From positions 189,182 to 253,181 of the forward strand of contig JAWCCZ010000004.1 in assembly GCA_038861545.1 (NCBI GenBank): a DNA stretch of 64,000 nt, given 5' to 3'. A model generated the notes under the pieces. That model had not been told where the DNA came from. It ran no database searches and saw only the letters and a program-made list of their open reading frames with translations. Positions within the stretch are counted from its first letter, which is position 1. Every line of letters starts with the position of its first letter. This document shows positions 1-9,838 of the stretch, piece after piece. The position numbers were made by a program, and so were the translations under genes. Source of the DNA: Thermofilaceae archaeon. GTDB taxonomy: Archaea > Thermoproteota > Thermoprotei > Thermofilales > Thermofilaceae.

Positions 1-81
1 TATAACGCTTAGGAATTAAACCTCCGCTAATTGTTAGCCTACACTTAAGTGCTTTTAACAACCACCTGAGAATATGCCAAA

Positions 82-1113
82 TCAACTCATAATTCCAACA
101 TAGTTTCCTTTTGTAAACTTAGCCACACTAATCAGAAGCTTTGTTCCGCTTATTAATGGTTCAACATCCTCAGCTGATACTCTGTGCCTAGTATTTATTA
201 CAACTGTTTCGATCTTATTTCTGGCGATTAGTGAAGCAACATCCAGCACCGAGCGCACGGCTGGATCTAATGAGATATAACTTGAGTCGCCTCTTTTCCT
301 CTCAAGAGGCACATTTGCATTACCATCGCTGATAACTACAAGAACCGGCTCGTAACCCTTCCGTCTCTCCCTTAGAGCCATGTTGTAACCCAGGTACATT
401 CCAGCGGCTAGCGGGGTGAAATCATCTAACCCAACGCGCACTATTTTGCCCAACATTAAGTTGAAATTCGTGGTAGGGTGCTGGACAATGGTTGCACTGG
501 AACCCTTACATACGATCAAAGCTACACGGTCTCTGTACCTGCGAGCCTCTTTCTCTATAGCTTTGAGCGCGGTCATTATTCCCCTTATAGAGTACGCCAT
601 CGAAGCACTGGAGTCTAAGACTATCACAAGCGAGACCCTAGCCCTACCGCTAAGTAGCTTAGCCATGAGCGATTCCCAGCTTATGGTGGGAAATTCCATC
701 CGAGAAGCACTTTTCCTGAGAGTCGCAGGAAAGTGTATCTTGAAGTATCGCTTCTTCGGCAAGGTAGAATCAACTGTAAGAGAAGCCCCTTCCATCCTTC
801 TCTTACCCTTATACCTTGCGCTTTTACGCGAAACATTGATCGCTAACTCTGTGAGCTGACTTGGCTCAACCCATCCCCCGAGAATTTTCAAACCCCTAGA
901 GAGAGATAAAAAGTTCCTCTTGAAGTCTATGGAGGAAGAATAAGCTACGTAGACCGCCTTACGAGTTTTAAGCAGGGCCCTTTTACCTGAGTATATCGAA
1001 TCTTTATTGAGAAGCATGCTTAGGATGAACCATATTACAGCTGCAAGCGCAGCCAGTACTAAGTCTATGAATGCTAAGGCTATTAGAAGCGCTCCCATGA
1101 AAAGCGTTAGCAA
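82..1113 (-). CDS. vWA-domain protein, ChlD/CobT-like chelatase medium-subunit C-terminal half, with N-terminal hydrophobic hairpin
   Basis: MIDAS motif VLDSSASM, TPLAAG and VISDGNAN; lies directly downstream of a ChlI-like ATPase; frame open upstream to 1167. Confidence 0.85.
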   Translation of the reverse strand: MLTLFMGALLIALAFIDLVLAALAAVIWFILSMLLNKDSIYSGKRALLKTRKAVYVAYSSSIDFKRNFLSLSRGLKILGGWVEPSQLTELAINVSRKSARYKGKRRMEGASLTVDSTLPKKRYFKIHFPATLRKSASRMEFPTISWESLMAKLLSGRARVSLVIVLDSSASMAYSIRGIMTALKAIEKEARRYRDRVALIVCKGSSATIVQHPTTNFNLMLGKIVRVGLDDFTPLAAGMYLGYNMALRERRKGYEPVLVVISDGNANVPLERKRGDSSYISLDPAVRSVLDVASLIARNKIETVVINTRHRVSAEDVEPLISGTKLLISVAKFTKGNYVGIMS

Positions 1114-1141
1114 TACATCGGCTTTCCTCGATAATCTAAGG

Positions 1142-2245
1142 TTAGAAACTCCACCTGGGAAAAAACTTTACCTGCTCTTTCTTTTCTTCTCCAGCTTTTT
1201 CCACCTTCTGCACGGGAAGCTTTTTACCTGAGACTTCGCTAAAAGCTGCTCGAAGCTCCTCTTTAGTGGGTGGCGGTTTTAATCCCTCCGCCCTTGTTCG
1301 GTGCCCCAATGCCAGCCTCAACCCTTCTATCGCATCCTCCTCAATAACTTCGTACCTCCCGTTCAGTGCTGCTAGAGCCCTAGCAACTTTTACAGCTACG
1401 ATATCCGGCCTATAACCATCAACTTCTAACCTTGCACAAACTTTTGAAATTAAATCTACTACCGAGTCGCTAACCTTTATTTTAGGAAGAAGTTCCTTCG
1501 CAATGGCTATTCTGGCTTTTATCTCTTCTTCTGCGGGCACCCACTTACTGATAAACAACTGAGGCTCGGATTCCAGCTCTAAATTCCTTTTTACTATTTC
1601 CATCCTCAACTTAGGGTCGTGTACAGTCTCTAGTTTTACACTTATAGCAAATCTGTCTAAGAGCTGAGGTCTAAGCTCGCCCTCTTCCGGATTCATTGTT
1701 CCTATCAGTATGAATCTCGCAGGATGCTTAAGAGATATCCCTTCCCTTTCCACGACGTTCCAACCAAACGCGGCTGAATCGAGGATCGAGTCTACTACGT
1801 GATCTGGGAGCAAATTAACCTCATCGACATAAAGGATCTGTCTATTAGCCCTGCCAAGTAGACCTGGTTCGAAGACTAACCTACCTTCCCTAAGGGTTCT
1901 CTCAATGTTTATTGTACCCAAAACCATGTCCTCTGTAGCGCCTATCGGTAATTCAACTATCGACATCGGTACTTCGCTGATAAGTAGTTTCTCTCCGTGT
2001 TCCCATTTTGACCTGCATAAGTCACACATACCCTCAGGTGACTCGGGATCACAGTTGAATGGGCAACCTTTTACCACTTTTATAAGTGGTAAAAGGTTGG
2101 CGAAGCTTCTGACTATACTGGATTTACCTGTGCCCTTGGGACCCATAATTAATAAACCCCCAATTGATGGATCAACGGCTAAGACAAGAAGCGCCGTCTT
2201 TAGGTCATCCACTCCAACATAAGCTGGGAAGGGTAGTAATCGCAC
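1142..2245 (-). CDS. Mg/Co-chelatase subunit I (ChlI)-like AAA+ ATPase
   Basis: Walker A GPKGTGKS, FEPGLLGRANRQILYVDEVNLL, GTMNPEEGELRPQLLDRF. Confidence 0.92.
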   Translation of the reverse strand: MRLLPFPAYVGVDDLKTALLVLAVDPSIGGLLIMGPKGTGKSSIVRSFANLLPLIKVVKGCPFNCDPESPEGMCDLCRSKWEHGEKLLISEVPMSIVELPIGATEDMVLGTINIERTLREGRLVFEPGLLGRANRQILYVDEVNLLPDHVVDSILDSAAFGWNVVEREGISLKHPARFILIGTMNPEEGELRPQLLDRFAISVKLETVHDPKLRMEIVKRNLELESEPQLFISKWVPAEEEIKARIAIAKELLPKIKVSDSVVDLISKVCARLEVDGYRPDIVAVKVARALAALNGRYEVIEEDAIEGLRLALGHRTRAEGLKPPPTKEELRAAFSEVSGKKLPVQKVEKAGEEKKEQVKFFPRWSF

Positions 2246-2315
2246 TCCATTACACCACTGTTAATATGCAGAAAATTAACTTATAAGCACTGCGCTAGAT
2301 TTACGACTACTCTCA

Positions 2316-2843
2316 TTAACGTAAGTGGAAAGTGATTTTTTCGTAACCGGTTACCCTTTCGCCTTCATCTATACGCATAATTATTATCCTGTCACTGATT
2401 ATCTCGGAAGTTCCAGAACATTCAACCTCACTAACCTTCGAGTTAGGCGGGAGTACCCAGTACACTTCATAGGGGTATTCGGAAACCTCAGCCTCATACA
2501 AGTTTTCATAGTAGTTAATACCTTTCCGAGGCTTGCCTCTAAAGTGTATGAAAAACACTAGATAAGGCTCCTCCGGATTACCTTTAAACCCTAAGTTAGC
2601 TCCGATTACTAATGGTCTTACACGTTCACCATTAATGACGGCTTCTTCCTTATCTAAGTGCGCCTGCATATTATAAGCTAGCTCTGAAAGCTCTTTATTC
2701 AGCCGCTCTATATTCCTGCTCACTCCCGCGTAGTACCTATTATAATCTAAGTACTCAAAAACTATAATTTGATTAAACTCTAAACTTTCACTTACGGTAA
2801 AAAAACCGCATGCGTGAATTGGCTCTGCAGACTCTCTACTCAA
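2316..2843 (-). CDS. hypothetical protein
   Basis: 175-aa ORF packed between co-directional genes. Confidence 0.65.
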   Translation of the reverse strand: MSRESAEPIHACGFFTVSESLEFNQIIVFEYLDYNRYYAGVSRNIERLNKELSELAYNMQAHLDKEEAVINGERVRPLVIGANLGFKGNPEEPYLVFFIHFRGKPRKGINYYENLYEAEVSEYPYEVYWVLPPNSKVSEVECSGTSEIISDRIIIMRIDEGERVTGYEKITFHLR

Positions 2844-2852
2844 TTCATCCCC

Positions 2853-3530
2853 CTAGAGCCCGCTGGGCTCTACTCCGTTAGCTTTCAATATATACGATAT
2901 AAAATGTACGTCGGGAGCCGCTCCCTCAAATTGAACTCGATCCTCCCCCTCAACCTCGATAATAATCTTCGGCACAGCATAGACTCCATATTTATCTGCT
3001 AAGTCAGAGAATTCTAAGGCTTCAATCATGTCACCATAAATCAGCCGGTTTACCATCGCAAATCTATGAGCGGCTCTAACCGCTAATGGACAGTAAGGAC
3101 AAGATGGAGTTACAAACACTTTTATTCTCGTTTTCATTGTAACGTATTTCCTTAACACCTCCTTAAGCCTTGGAGAGAGATTACGTGGCTCACCTCTAGA
3201 AACATCCTGAATATCCTCAATTAATGATGCAAACTCGTATCCTGCAGGAGTTCCAAAGAAACGAATATTATACTGTTCGGCTCCATGCACAATTAAAGCA
3301 GGATACATAGGCACCTCCAGTCGAGAGGCTTCTTCGGATTCACTGGTATACTCTTCAACTTTAATCTTGTCAGAGACCTTTGCCAAAAGATCTAGGATCT
3401 CCCTTATATCATCACAGTGTTTACACCCCTCTTGGGAGTTAGTAAAAAAGAGCAGCTTTACAGGGTTGATTAAGGTTTTAAATGCATCGTGTAGCTCCTT
3501 CACTAAATCATCGCCGTATTCTATAGGCAT
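2853..3530 (-). CDS. protein disulfide oxidoreductase (PDO, two thioredoxin folds)
   Basis: CKHC and CPYC motifs, GTPAGYEF, VYAVPK. Confidence 0.92.
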   Translation of the reverse strand: MPIEYGDDLVKELHDAFKTLINPVKLLFFTNSQEGCKHCDDIREILDLLAKVSDKIKVEEYTSESEEASRLEVPMYPALIVHGAEQYNIRFFGTPAGYEFASLIEDIQDVSRGEPRNLSPRLKEVLRKYVTMKTRIKVFVTPSCPYCPLAVRAAHRFAMVNRLIYGDMIEALEFSDLADKYGVYAVPKIIIEVEGEDRVQFEGAAPDVHFISYILKANGVEPSGL

Positions 3531-3625
3531 AGAACCGTTAATTTTAGCACATGTTTAAATTTAAACGTATCTGAAGGTTATAGATCAACTTTGAGATATC
3601 GATACTCTTGTAAGGGTGGATCGCC

Positions 3626-4462
3626 TTGACAACACAAATTGCATTAGGTTTATTTTTAACTGTAGTGGCTGCTTTTCTTGCTAAGAAATACAAAGCGTTA
3701 AGTAATGGCGGAATTGCAGCAGCAGTGCTACTAGCCTTAACGCTTTTAGCCACAAGCTGGGAGGGGTTCGTCCTAATGTTCCTGTTTTTCTCGTCATCCT
3801 CGGTTTTTACTTTAATCGGCTACAAGAAGAAAAAGGAGCGGGGAGCCTCTGAGAAAGAAGGGGGAAGAAATATTAGTCAAGTGTTGTGTAGTGGTGCTGT
3901 ACCAGCCGCGGTTTCTGGCTTATGTTATGCCGTTAATGGGCTGCGGGGAGCCGCTGCATTAGCCGTAGCTTCAACCATAGCTTTCTCGAACGCGGATACA
4001 TGGGCCTCTGAACTTGGATCCCTCAGCTCAGCAACACCTCGCTTGGTAACAAATCCTTACAGAAAAGTCCCGCACGGCGTGTCGGGGGGTGTCACGCTTC
4101 TAGGCGAATTAGGAGCCGTGATGGGCTCTGCTTTCATAGCTTTTCCGGCTAGCCTGTTACTCGCTTTTGCTAAGAATTATGGGTGGAGTTGGGCTTCAGT
4201 TAACATTGACCCATTTAACTTCGGTGTTGCCGTCCTCCTTTTAGGATGGGGTGGAGAAGTTCTAGATAGCATACTCGGTGCATTAATACAAATAAAGTAT
4301 GTGTGCCCTAAGTGTGATACATTTTCGGATAACCCCATCCATATATGCGGCTTCAAAGCTAAACCGGTGTCAGGGTTGCCCTTCGTAAAAAATGAGACTG
4401 TTAACCTAATAAGTGAGATGGCTTTAGCTCTCTTGGCTTTAATTATTTCACTACATCTGTGA
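3626..4462 (+). CDS. DUF92/TMEM19 family membrane protein with a C-terminal Cys cluster
   Basis: GGRNISQV, ADTWASELG, GVSGGVTLLG, DSILGA. Confidence 0.9.
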   Translation: MTTQIALGLFLTVVAAFLAKKYKALSNGGIAAAVLLALTLLATSWEGFVLMFLFFSSSSVFTLIGYKKKKERGASEKEGGRNISQVLCSGAVPAAVSGLCYAVNGLRGAAALAVASTIAFSNADTWASELGSLSSATPRLVTNPYRKVPHGVSGGVTLLGELGAVMGSAFIAFPASLLLAFAKNYGWSWASVNIDPFNFGVAVLLLGWGGEVLDSILGALIQIKYVCPKCDTFSDNPIHICGFKAKPVSGLPFVKNETVNLISEMALALLALIISLHL

Positions 4463-4826
4463 AGTCGAAGCCCACAGGGCCTAGCTCCTGTACGTCAAGT
4501 TCTAACTCTACTTTGTGTTCACCAGGAGTAAGCCCTTTACCTAGCTCGAAAAATATAGTAAGCTCATCCCCAACAGCGACATAAATCGATCTTCCTGCCG
4601 CCTCAGACGCTCTCATTCTCTCCCCCTTAAATTCAATCAGAATCCTTTCCGGAGACACTTCTTCGCCGTCAATTATAGCCCGCAATCTACCCCGCACGCT
4701 TCCACCACCTAAAGTATTCCTGAGTTTTATCCTAGCGCCGTCGAGTATTCCATCACCGTTTATATCTACGTTTTCCAAGCTACCCTTAACATATAATTGC
4801 CTAAGGAGATATCTAGGAATGAACAT
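4443..4826 (-). CDS. hypothetical beta-rich protein resembling the N-terminal extension of some HMG-CoA reductases
   Basis: MFIPxxLLRQLYVKGSLEN...LRN start; Ig-like LTPGEHKVEL; family resemblance from recall. Confidence 0.6.
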   Translation of the reverse strand: MFIPRYLLRQLYVKGSLENVDINGDGILDGARIKLRNTLGGGSVRGRLRAIIDGEEVSPERILIEFKGERMRASEAAGRSIYVAVGDELTIFFELGKGLTPGEHKVELELDVQELGPVGFDFTDVVK

Positions 4827-4854
4827 GTTCTCCTATCTAAAGATTACTTCCACA

Positions 4855-5793
4855 TTAAAATGATTTGCGACTGTAGAAACTTCTTACTCTCTCTGAAAGC
4901 TCGCATGCCTTGCATAAATCCCCTGAAGAGGGCATACCGCAAATCTTGCATGTTCTAAAATCACTTACTTCTTTACATATCCCAGTTAAAAGCTCTTTAA
5001 GAGCAAGTACCCTATACTTAACCATGGGATCTTCAAGCTCGATATAGTTAAGCCATCTGCGTACCACATTACGTATAGAGTAAACTATGTAGGGGCATTC
5101 AACATAGGGGCTTTCAATTGTGTGAAGAAGAGCATATGTCATCACTTCTTTTTCAGGAGTAAAGTAGAATGGTTTAACTCGTGGTACTAGAAGTTCATGG
5201 GCCTTTATATCGACAATTCCCTCTTTTAAGAAAGCAGTCAAGTTGGCTTGGATAGCGTTCATCAGGAAAGCTTGAGCCTCATCGTCTAAATTATGAGCTG
5301 TAGCCAGCTTATCGGCCCCGAGGTCAAGCGCGATACGATTAAGTAGGTACCGTCTAAACACTCCACAAGCCGAGCAAGGCTTTACTGATAACCCTTCCAT
5401 CATTAGCGCAAAAACCACCTCGTCTAGCGTGAAGCCGAATCCCTCCTTGAAGGAGGTGACACATAGCCTAACCCCCCAAGCTCGCGCATACTTTTCTGCG
5501 GCGAGCTGCTTATACTCCCGGTATCCGCTTATACCTTCATCCACAAGGACTGCTACCAACTCAACTCCAAGCCGGTCCCTATACTTAGAAAGTAGGTAAA
5601 GCAGTGTTAGGCTATCTTTGCCTCCCGATACAGCAACTGCAACCCTATCGCCGGGCTTGAAAAGCTTAAATTTTTCCACTGTTTCAAAAAACCTGCGCTC
5701 GAAATACTGAGAAAAGTGATACTCACAAAGGTGTAGCCCTAGATAAACTGATTTAACTGCTGCCTCCTTAGAGCAAATGCTGCACTTAACCAG
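4855..5793 (-). CDS. tRNA 2-thiolation protein TtuA/Ncs6 (TIGR00269 family)
   Basis: PP-loop SGGKDS, CSAC, ATAHNLDD, ECPY, terminal Zn fingers. Start uncertain: CTG at 5793 follows GGGGAG, alternative TTG at 5817. Confidence 0.88.
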   Translation of the reverse strand: MVKCSICSKEAAVKSVYLGLHLCEYHFSQYFERRFFETVEKFKLFKPGDRVAVAVSGGKDSLTLLYLLSKYRDRLGVELVAVLVDEGISGYREYKQLAAEKYARAWGVRLCVTSFKEGFGFTLDEVVFALMMEGLSVKPCSACGVFRRYLLNRIALDLGADKLATAHNLDDEAQAFLMNAIQANLTAFLKEGIVDIKAHELLVPRVKPFYFTPEKEVMTYALLHTIESPYVECPYIVYSIRNVVRRWLNYIELEDPMVKYRVLALKELLTGICKEVSDFRTCKICGMPSSGDLCKACELSERVRSFYSRKSF

Positions 5794-5848
5794 ATGGCTC
5801 CCCTGTTTCCATAACAAATGAATTAAAAATATAGTTATAGATACTAAT

Positions 5849-6121
5849 TTGATGACAAACATGATAAACTTGGAAGAAATTGTTACTGTAAGGGTTGGAA
5901 AAAAGGGTATTACTAACGAACTTCTTAAAGAGTTAGATAACGTGCTCCGAGCCCGCGGTCTTGTAAAGGTACAATTCCTGAAGAACTTTCGGGATGCATA
6001 CGGGATTAATCGTGAAAATAAAGCCGAGATTGCTGCTGATCTTGCTCAAGCTCTTGGAGCCAAAGTAGCTGAATCAAGAGGCTACACTATACTTTTGAAA
6101 AAGGTGAAAAAGCATGGCTAA
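5849..6121 (+). CDS. YhbY/CRM-domain RNA-binding protein
   Basis: VRVGKKGIT...LVKVQFL...RGYTILL. Confidence 0.88.
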   Translation: MMTNMINLEEIVTVRVGKKGITNELLKELDNVLRARGLVKVQFLKNFRDAYGINRENKAEIAADLAQALGAKVAESRGYTILLKKVKKHG

Positions 6122-6719
6122 TTACTATACCCACCCAACAGCTATTGTGGAGGAGGGGGCGGACGTAGGTATTGGTACTAAAATCTGGCATTTCGTGCAC
6201 GTGAGAAAAGGAGCTAAGCTGGGCCCTAATTGTAATGTGGGTAAATGCGTCTATATAGATAGTGGAGCTGCAATAGGAAAAGGCGTGAAAATACAGAATT
6301 TTGTCTCAGTGTATAAAGGTGTTACCATAGAGGATGAGGCTTTCCTAGGACCCAGCGCTACTCTCACAAACGATCGGTACCCGCGAGCCTTCAGCGAATC
6401 ATGGGAATTGGTTCCCACGATAATTGAAGAAGGTGCATCCATAGGTGCTAACGCCACCATAGTATGCGGAGTTAAGATCGGTAAATATGCAATGGTTGGA
6501 GCTGGCTCAGTAGTTACTAAAGATGTACCCCCACATGGTCTAGTCTTAGGAAATCCCGCTAAGCTACGGGGCTTTGTTTGCTATTGCGGTAGGACGCTGA
6601 GGAAACTCGAAACGCTGAGGAAACAGCATGTAGTATTCAGGTGCGAGTATTGTGGGAGAGAGATTGAGATTTCCATGGACGATTACCTCAGGCTAGTAAT
6701 TGAGAAATCAGTCAGTTGA
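6114..6719 (+). CDS. hexapeptide-repeat N-acetyltransferase (WbpD-like) with C-terminal Zn ribbon
   Basis: IWHF, TNDRYPRA, GAGSVVTKDVP, GNPA, CxCG...CxxC. Confidence 0.9.
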   Translation: MANYYTHPTAIVEEGADVGIGTKIWHFVHVRKGAKLGPNCNVGKCVYIDSGAAIGKGVKIQNFVSVYKGVTIEDEAFLGPSATLTNDRYPRAFSESWELVPTIIEEGASIGANATIVCGVKIGKYAMVGAGSVVTKDVPPHGLVLGNPAKLRGFVCYCGRTLRKLETLRKQHVVFRCEYCGREIEISMDDYLRLVIEKSVS

Positions 6720-7508
6720 ACCTGTTCCCTGAACCAAGCGTTTCAGTAAATCTACAGTACCGAAATCATATATGCCGACGTTTAAATCCACAGCATAAAC
6801 CCTCATAGAGCTCACGTCAACCCGCTTTAAGAGGGGAGATAGGAATCGAGCCCTAGGGACATTTACCTCAGTACCAGGCATCAGCGGTGAGGAGGCTGGA
6901 AGGACAAACATCACGGATTCTTCAATGCTGCCTCTAAGGAAACATTTTAACTTAATAGTGACGCCTAACTCGTCTCTCAAAATTATAGCTGGGTGCTCAT
7001 GCGCGATAATTGTGTACCTAATATCCTGACTCCAAGCATCAAGCGGTAGCTCTTTATGCCCATGAGCAAAGAGGTACCCTTCCTCTATATAGTAGGGGTC
7101 ATGAAGTGGAATTTCAAGACGTTTAAGGATTGGTATAAGGAAGTTGTCATGATTCCCTCTTACTACATGTAACTTTAAACTCCTAGACTTCAATGTGGAA
7201 AAGAGGTCTAGGGTCTCGCTCCATTCCTGCCTTAACGCGCTACCGAACTCATGTTTTACATCCCCTAGAACAATTAACTCTTCAGCACCTGTTTCCTCAA
7301 GAGCTCCTAAAATGAAGTTTTTAATAAGCCTGTACTGGACAGCCGGTATAAAAACCCCTGCATCCTCTAACGCTTGCTCGTACCCTAGGTGCAAATCTGC
7401 AATTACAAGAATGCCGGAATCCTCTAAGAACAGGGCATTACCAACAATTGATATCCCGTGATCTACTACCATTTCGGGTATCTGCTTTACATTATCCAGC
7501 TTATGCAT
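6708..7508 (-). CDS. calcineurin-like metallophosphoesterase (ICC-like)
   Basis: ADLHLG, LGDVKH, GNHD, HGH, AHEHP. Confidence 0.9.
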   Translation of the reverse strand: MHKLDNVKQIPEMVVDHGISIVGNALFLEDSGILVIADLHLGYEQALEDAGVFIPAVQYRLIKNFILGALEETGAEELIVLGDVKHEFGSALRQEWSETLDLFSTLKSRSLKLHVVRGNHDNFLIPILKRLEIPLHDPYYIEEGYLFAHGHKELPLDAWSQDIRYTIIAHEHPAIILRDELGVTIKLKCFLRGSIEESVMFVLPASSPLMPGTEVNVPRARFLSPLLKRVDVSSMRVYAVDLNVGIYDFGTVDLLKRLVQGTGSTD

Positions 7509-7512
7509 GCCT

Positions 7513-7821
7513 CTAAGCCGACCCCTTATCTCGGATGATAAACCTGGGGTTGCTTATACGTTCGCTTTTGCATTTCGGACATTTAGATGGCCTCTTCGGT
7601 TTATTTAAGTCCTTGAAGGTATATCCACAACTCAGGCATGAGGGAGGTTCCATTAACAGTATACTGCTAGTACCACGTAGGCTGCGCGCAATGTGGGCAA
7701 GGTCTTCGTAAATGATTTTAATCTCGCTCGGTTTTATGCCTAGCGCACTAGCAATCTGTTTAACATCAAGCGGTTTAGCTGTTAAAGAAAGCAGTTCGAT
7801 AATCTGTTCTCGCCTACTCAA
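7513..7821 (-). CDS. HTH + Zn-ribbon transcriptional regulator (COG3357-like)
   Basis: SRREQII, YEDLAHIARS, CxxCGY...PSKCPKCKSE; TTG start at 7821 after GGAGG. Confidence 0.85.
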   Translation of the reverse strand: MSRREQIIELLSLTAKPLDVKQIASALGIKPSEIKIIYEDLAHIARSLRGTSSILLMEPPSCLSCGYTFKDLNKPKRPSKCPKCKSERISNPRFIIRDKGSA

Positions 7822-7822
7822 G

Positions 7823-8299
7823 TTAACCTCCCTTAGTAAGCTGCAGGATTGCATCCTCTTGATTCAGTTCAACGCCGCAGAAGGAGCAAAACATCCTGAG
7901 AGGTCTTAAAGACTTTATTATAAATTTAGGTTTCACAGGCTCTCTCGGCTGGTTTGTTATACAGTTTGGATTTGCGCACTTTAAAAGCCCTTCTATTACA
8001 TGAGGAACTTGAACTTTGACCTTCTCCGCAACTTCGTAGTCCTTAACGATGTTAATTGTAGCAGAGGGGGCTATCAAGGCTATCTTGCTAACTTGGTCTT
8101 GCCGAAGCTCTACACCTTCGATTTTCACTATATCTTTTCTGCCCAGCTTATGACTAGGCACGTTCATGACTACTGCTATTGTTAACCCCTCGCTGCCGTC
8201 TAATCCAAGTATTTTAAGAACATGAAGCGCCCTGCCAGCGTCTATGTGATCGATTACGGTTCCATTCCTGATTTTACTTACTTTGAGCTCCTTTCCCAT
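7823..8299 (-). CDS. pyrI: aspartate carbamoyltransferase regulatory subunit
   Basis: [26 protein letters not shown]; start moved to ATG 8299. Confidence 0.96.
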   Translation of the reverse strand: MGKELKVSKIRNGTVIDHIDAGRALHVLKILGLDGSEGLTIAVVMNVPSHKLGRKDIVKIEGVELRQDQVSKIALIAPSATINIVKDYEVAEKVKVQVPHVIEGLLKCANPNCITNQPREPVKPKFIIKSLRPLRMFCSFCGVELNQEDAILQLTKGG

Positions 8300-8340
8300 A
8301 CACTCAAGTGCCCTGTCGAAGTTTAAAAACCTCCTTCCCT

Positions 8341-9264
8341 TCAACCCTTCAATATGAGCTTGAGTAAGGCCATTCTCACTGGAACGGCAAAGTAGGCCTG
8401 CTTAAAGTACCAAGCATAACTTGTTTGATCCAAGCTATATGGTAGCTCGTCAACTCTAGGAAGAGGATGAAGCACAGTTAGGTTTTCGTTCGCATCCTTG
8501 AGTAGAACGTCGCTCACTACGTAACTACCTTTAACTTTCTCGTACTCTATCGGGTCAGGGAAACGTTCTCTTTGAATCCTAGTTACATACAATACGTCTA
8601 ACTCACATAAGACCTTTGTAACTGTAGAAGTTTCTTCGTAGTAAATCCCCTTTTCCTCAAGGAACTGGAGAGTTTCAGGTCTACATGAAAGCTGGGGAGG
8701 CGAAATTAGGTAAATTTTCTTAGGTTTAAATATGCTTAAGCCTAGTATGAAGGATCTTGCCGCACGCCCGTATTTAAGATCCCCCAGAACCCCCACAGTC
8801 AAGCCATCTATATGGCTGTGAGCCCGTCTAATTGTATAAAGGTCTATCATTGCTTGAGTTGGATGATCTCGTGTTCCATCCCCCCCGTTTATAACTGGAT
8901 GTTCGGCAATCTCTGCCGAGAACCTAGCCGCCCCCTCTAGGCGGTGCCTTATCACTATAATATCCGCGTATGAATCAAGCATCCTCACGGTATCTGCTAA
9001 GCTTTCTCCCTTTGCCCTGGAAGATGCATCTTCGGGCGGTAGGTCTATGTAAGCTCCTCCAAGCCTCAGCATAGCCGTTTGAAAACTCAGCTTAGTCCTT
9101 GTACTTGGCTCGAAAAAAGCCGTCGCCATTACATAGCCGTTAAGTAAGTCCAACTTTTTCCCACTTGTTAATACGCTTAGAATTAAGTCGGTTTCCTCAA
9201 ATAGCCTTTCCAAAGCCTCTCTTTGGAAATCCGTTATTGTTAATACATCCTTGCCAGCGAACAC
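8341..9264 (-). CDS. pyrB: aspartate carbamoyltransferase catalytic subunit
   Basis: [25 protein letters not shown]. Confidence 0.97.
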   Translation of the reverse strand: MFAGKDVLTITDFQREALERLFEETDLILSVLTSGKKLDLLNGYVMATAFFEPSTRTKLSFQTAMLRLGGAYIDLPPEDASSRAKGESLADTVRMLDSYADIIVIRHRLEGAARFSAEIAEHPVINGGDGTRDHPTQAMIDLYTIRRAHSHIDGLTVGVLGDLKYGRAARSFILGLSIFKPKKIYLISPPQLSCRPETLQFLEEKGIYYEETSTVTKVLCELDVLYVTRIQRERFPDPIEYEKVKGSYVVSDVLLKDANENLTVLHPLPRVDELPYSLDQTSYAWYFKQAYFAVPVRMALLKLILKG

Positions 9265-9277
9265 TGCAACCTCCCGT

Positions 9278-9838
9278 TTAACTTGACGGAGAATTTAAGC
9301 TTGTGTGGAAAGCGTATACGAGTTCTTTAAGCTTAAGTAGCGCATGTAAAGCAACTCCATTATTGTTTAAAGCGGATTCCGCTCCTTCCTCCCTATCTAT
9401 AACGACCAATGCATCCCTAACCTCAAGCTCAGCTTCCCTTAGCACTGCGACGGCTTTAAGTATTGAAGACCCAGTCGTCGCTACGTCATCGACTACCACC
9501 GCTACCGCTCCTTTACTCTCCACGTGGCCTTCAATCATTTTTTGAGTGCCATGCTCCTTAGGTTTTTTCCTAACATAAATCAAAGGTTTATCAAGAATAT
9601 AAGAGCATAGAGTGGCTAAGGGTATCCCACCACTCTCCACACCGGCTATGTAATCACAGTTGAACTGCTTAATTAGTTCAGCAAGCTCCGCAACCACTAC
9701 TTTAAGCTCTACTGGGTGAGAGTATAGTCTTCTCACGTCAACGTACAAGTTACTAGTTTTTCCTGAACTCAGCTTGAACGTGCCGTGGAGTAAACATCCT
9801 GCTTTACTCAAAGCTTCTATAACTTCAGTTTTACCCAT
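9278..9838 (-). CDS. pyrE: orotate phosphoribosyltransferase
   Basis: [24 protein letters not shown]. Confidence 0.96.
   Translation of the reverse strand: MGKTEVIEALSKAGCLLHGTFKLSSGKTSNLYVDVRRLYSHPVELKVVVAELAELIKQFNCDYIAGVESGGIPLATLCSYILDKPLIYVRKKPKEHGTQKMIEGHVESKGAVAVVVDDVATTGSSILKAVAVLREAELEVRDALVVIDREEGAESALNNNGVALHALLKLKELVYAFHTSLNSPSS

Noticed and set aside
6594-6624. 13-bp direct repeat ACGCTGAGGAAAC at 18-nt period
   Set aside because: Two copies only, in frame within a CDS (TLRK twice); a local duplication, not CRISPR
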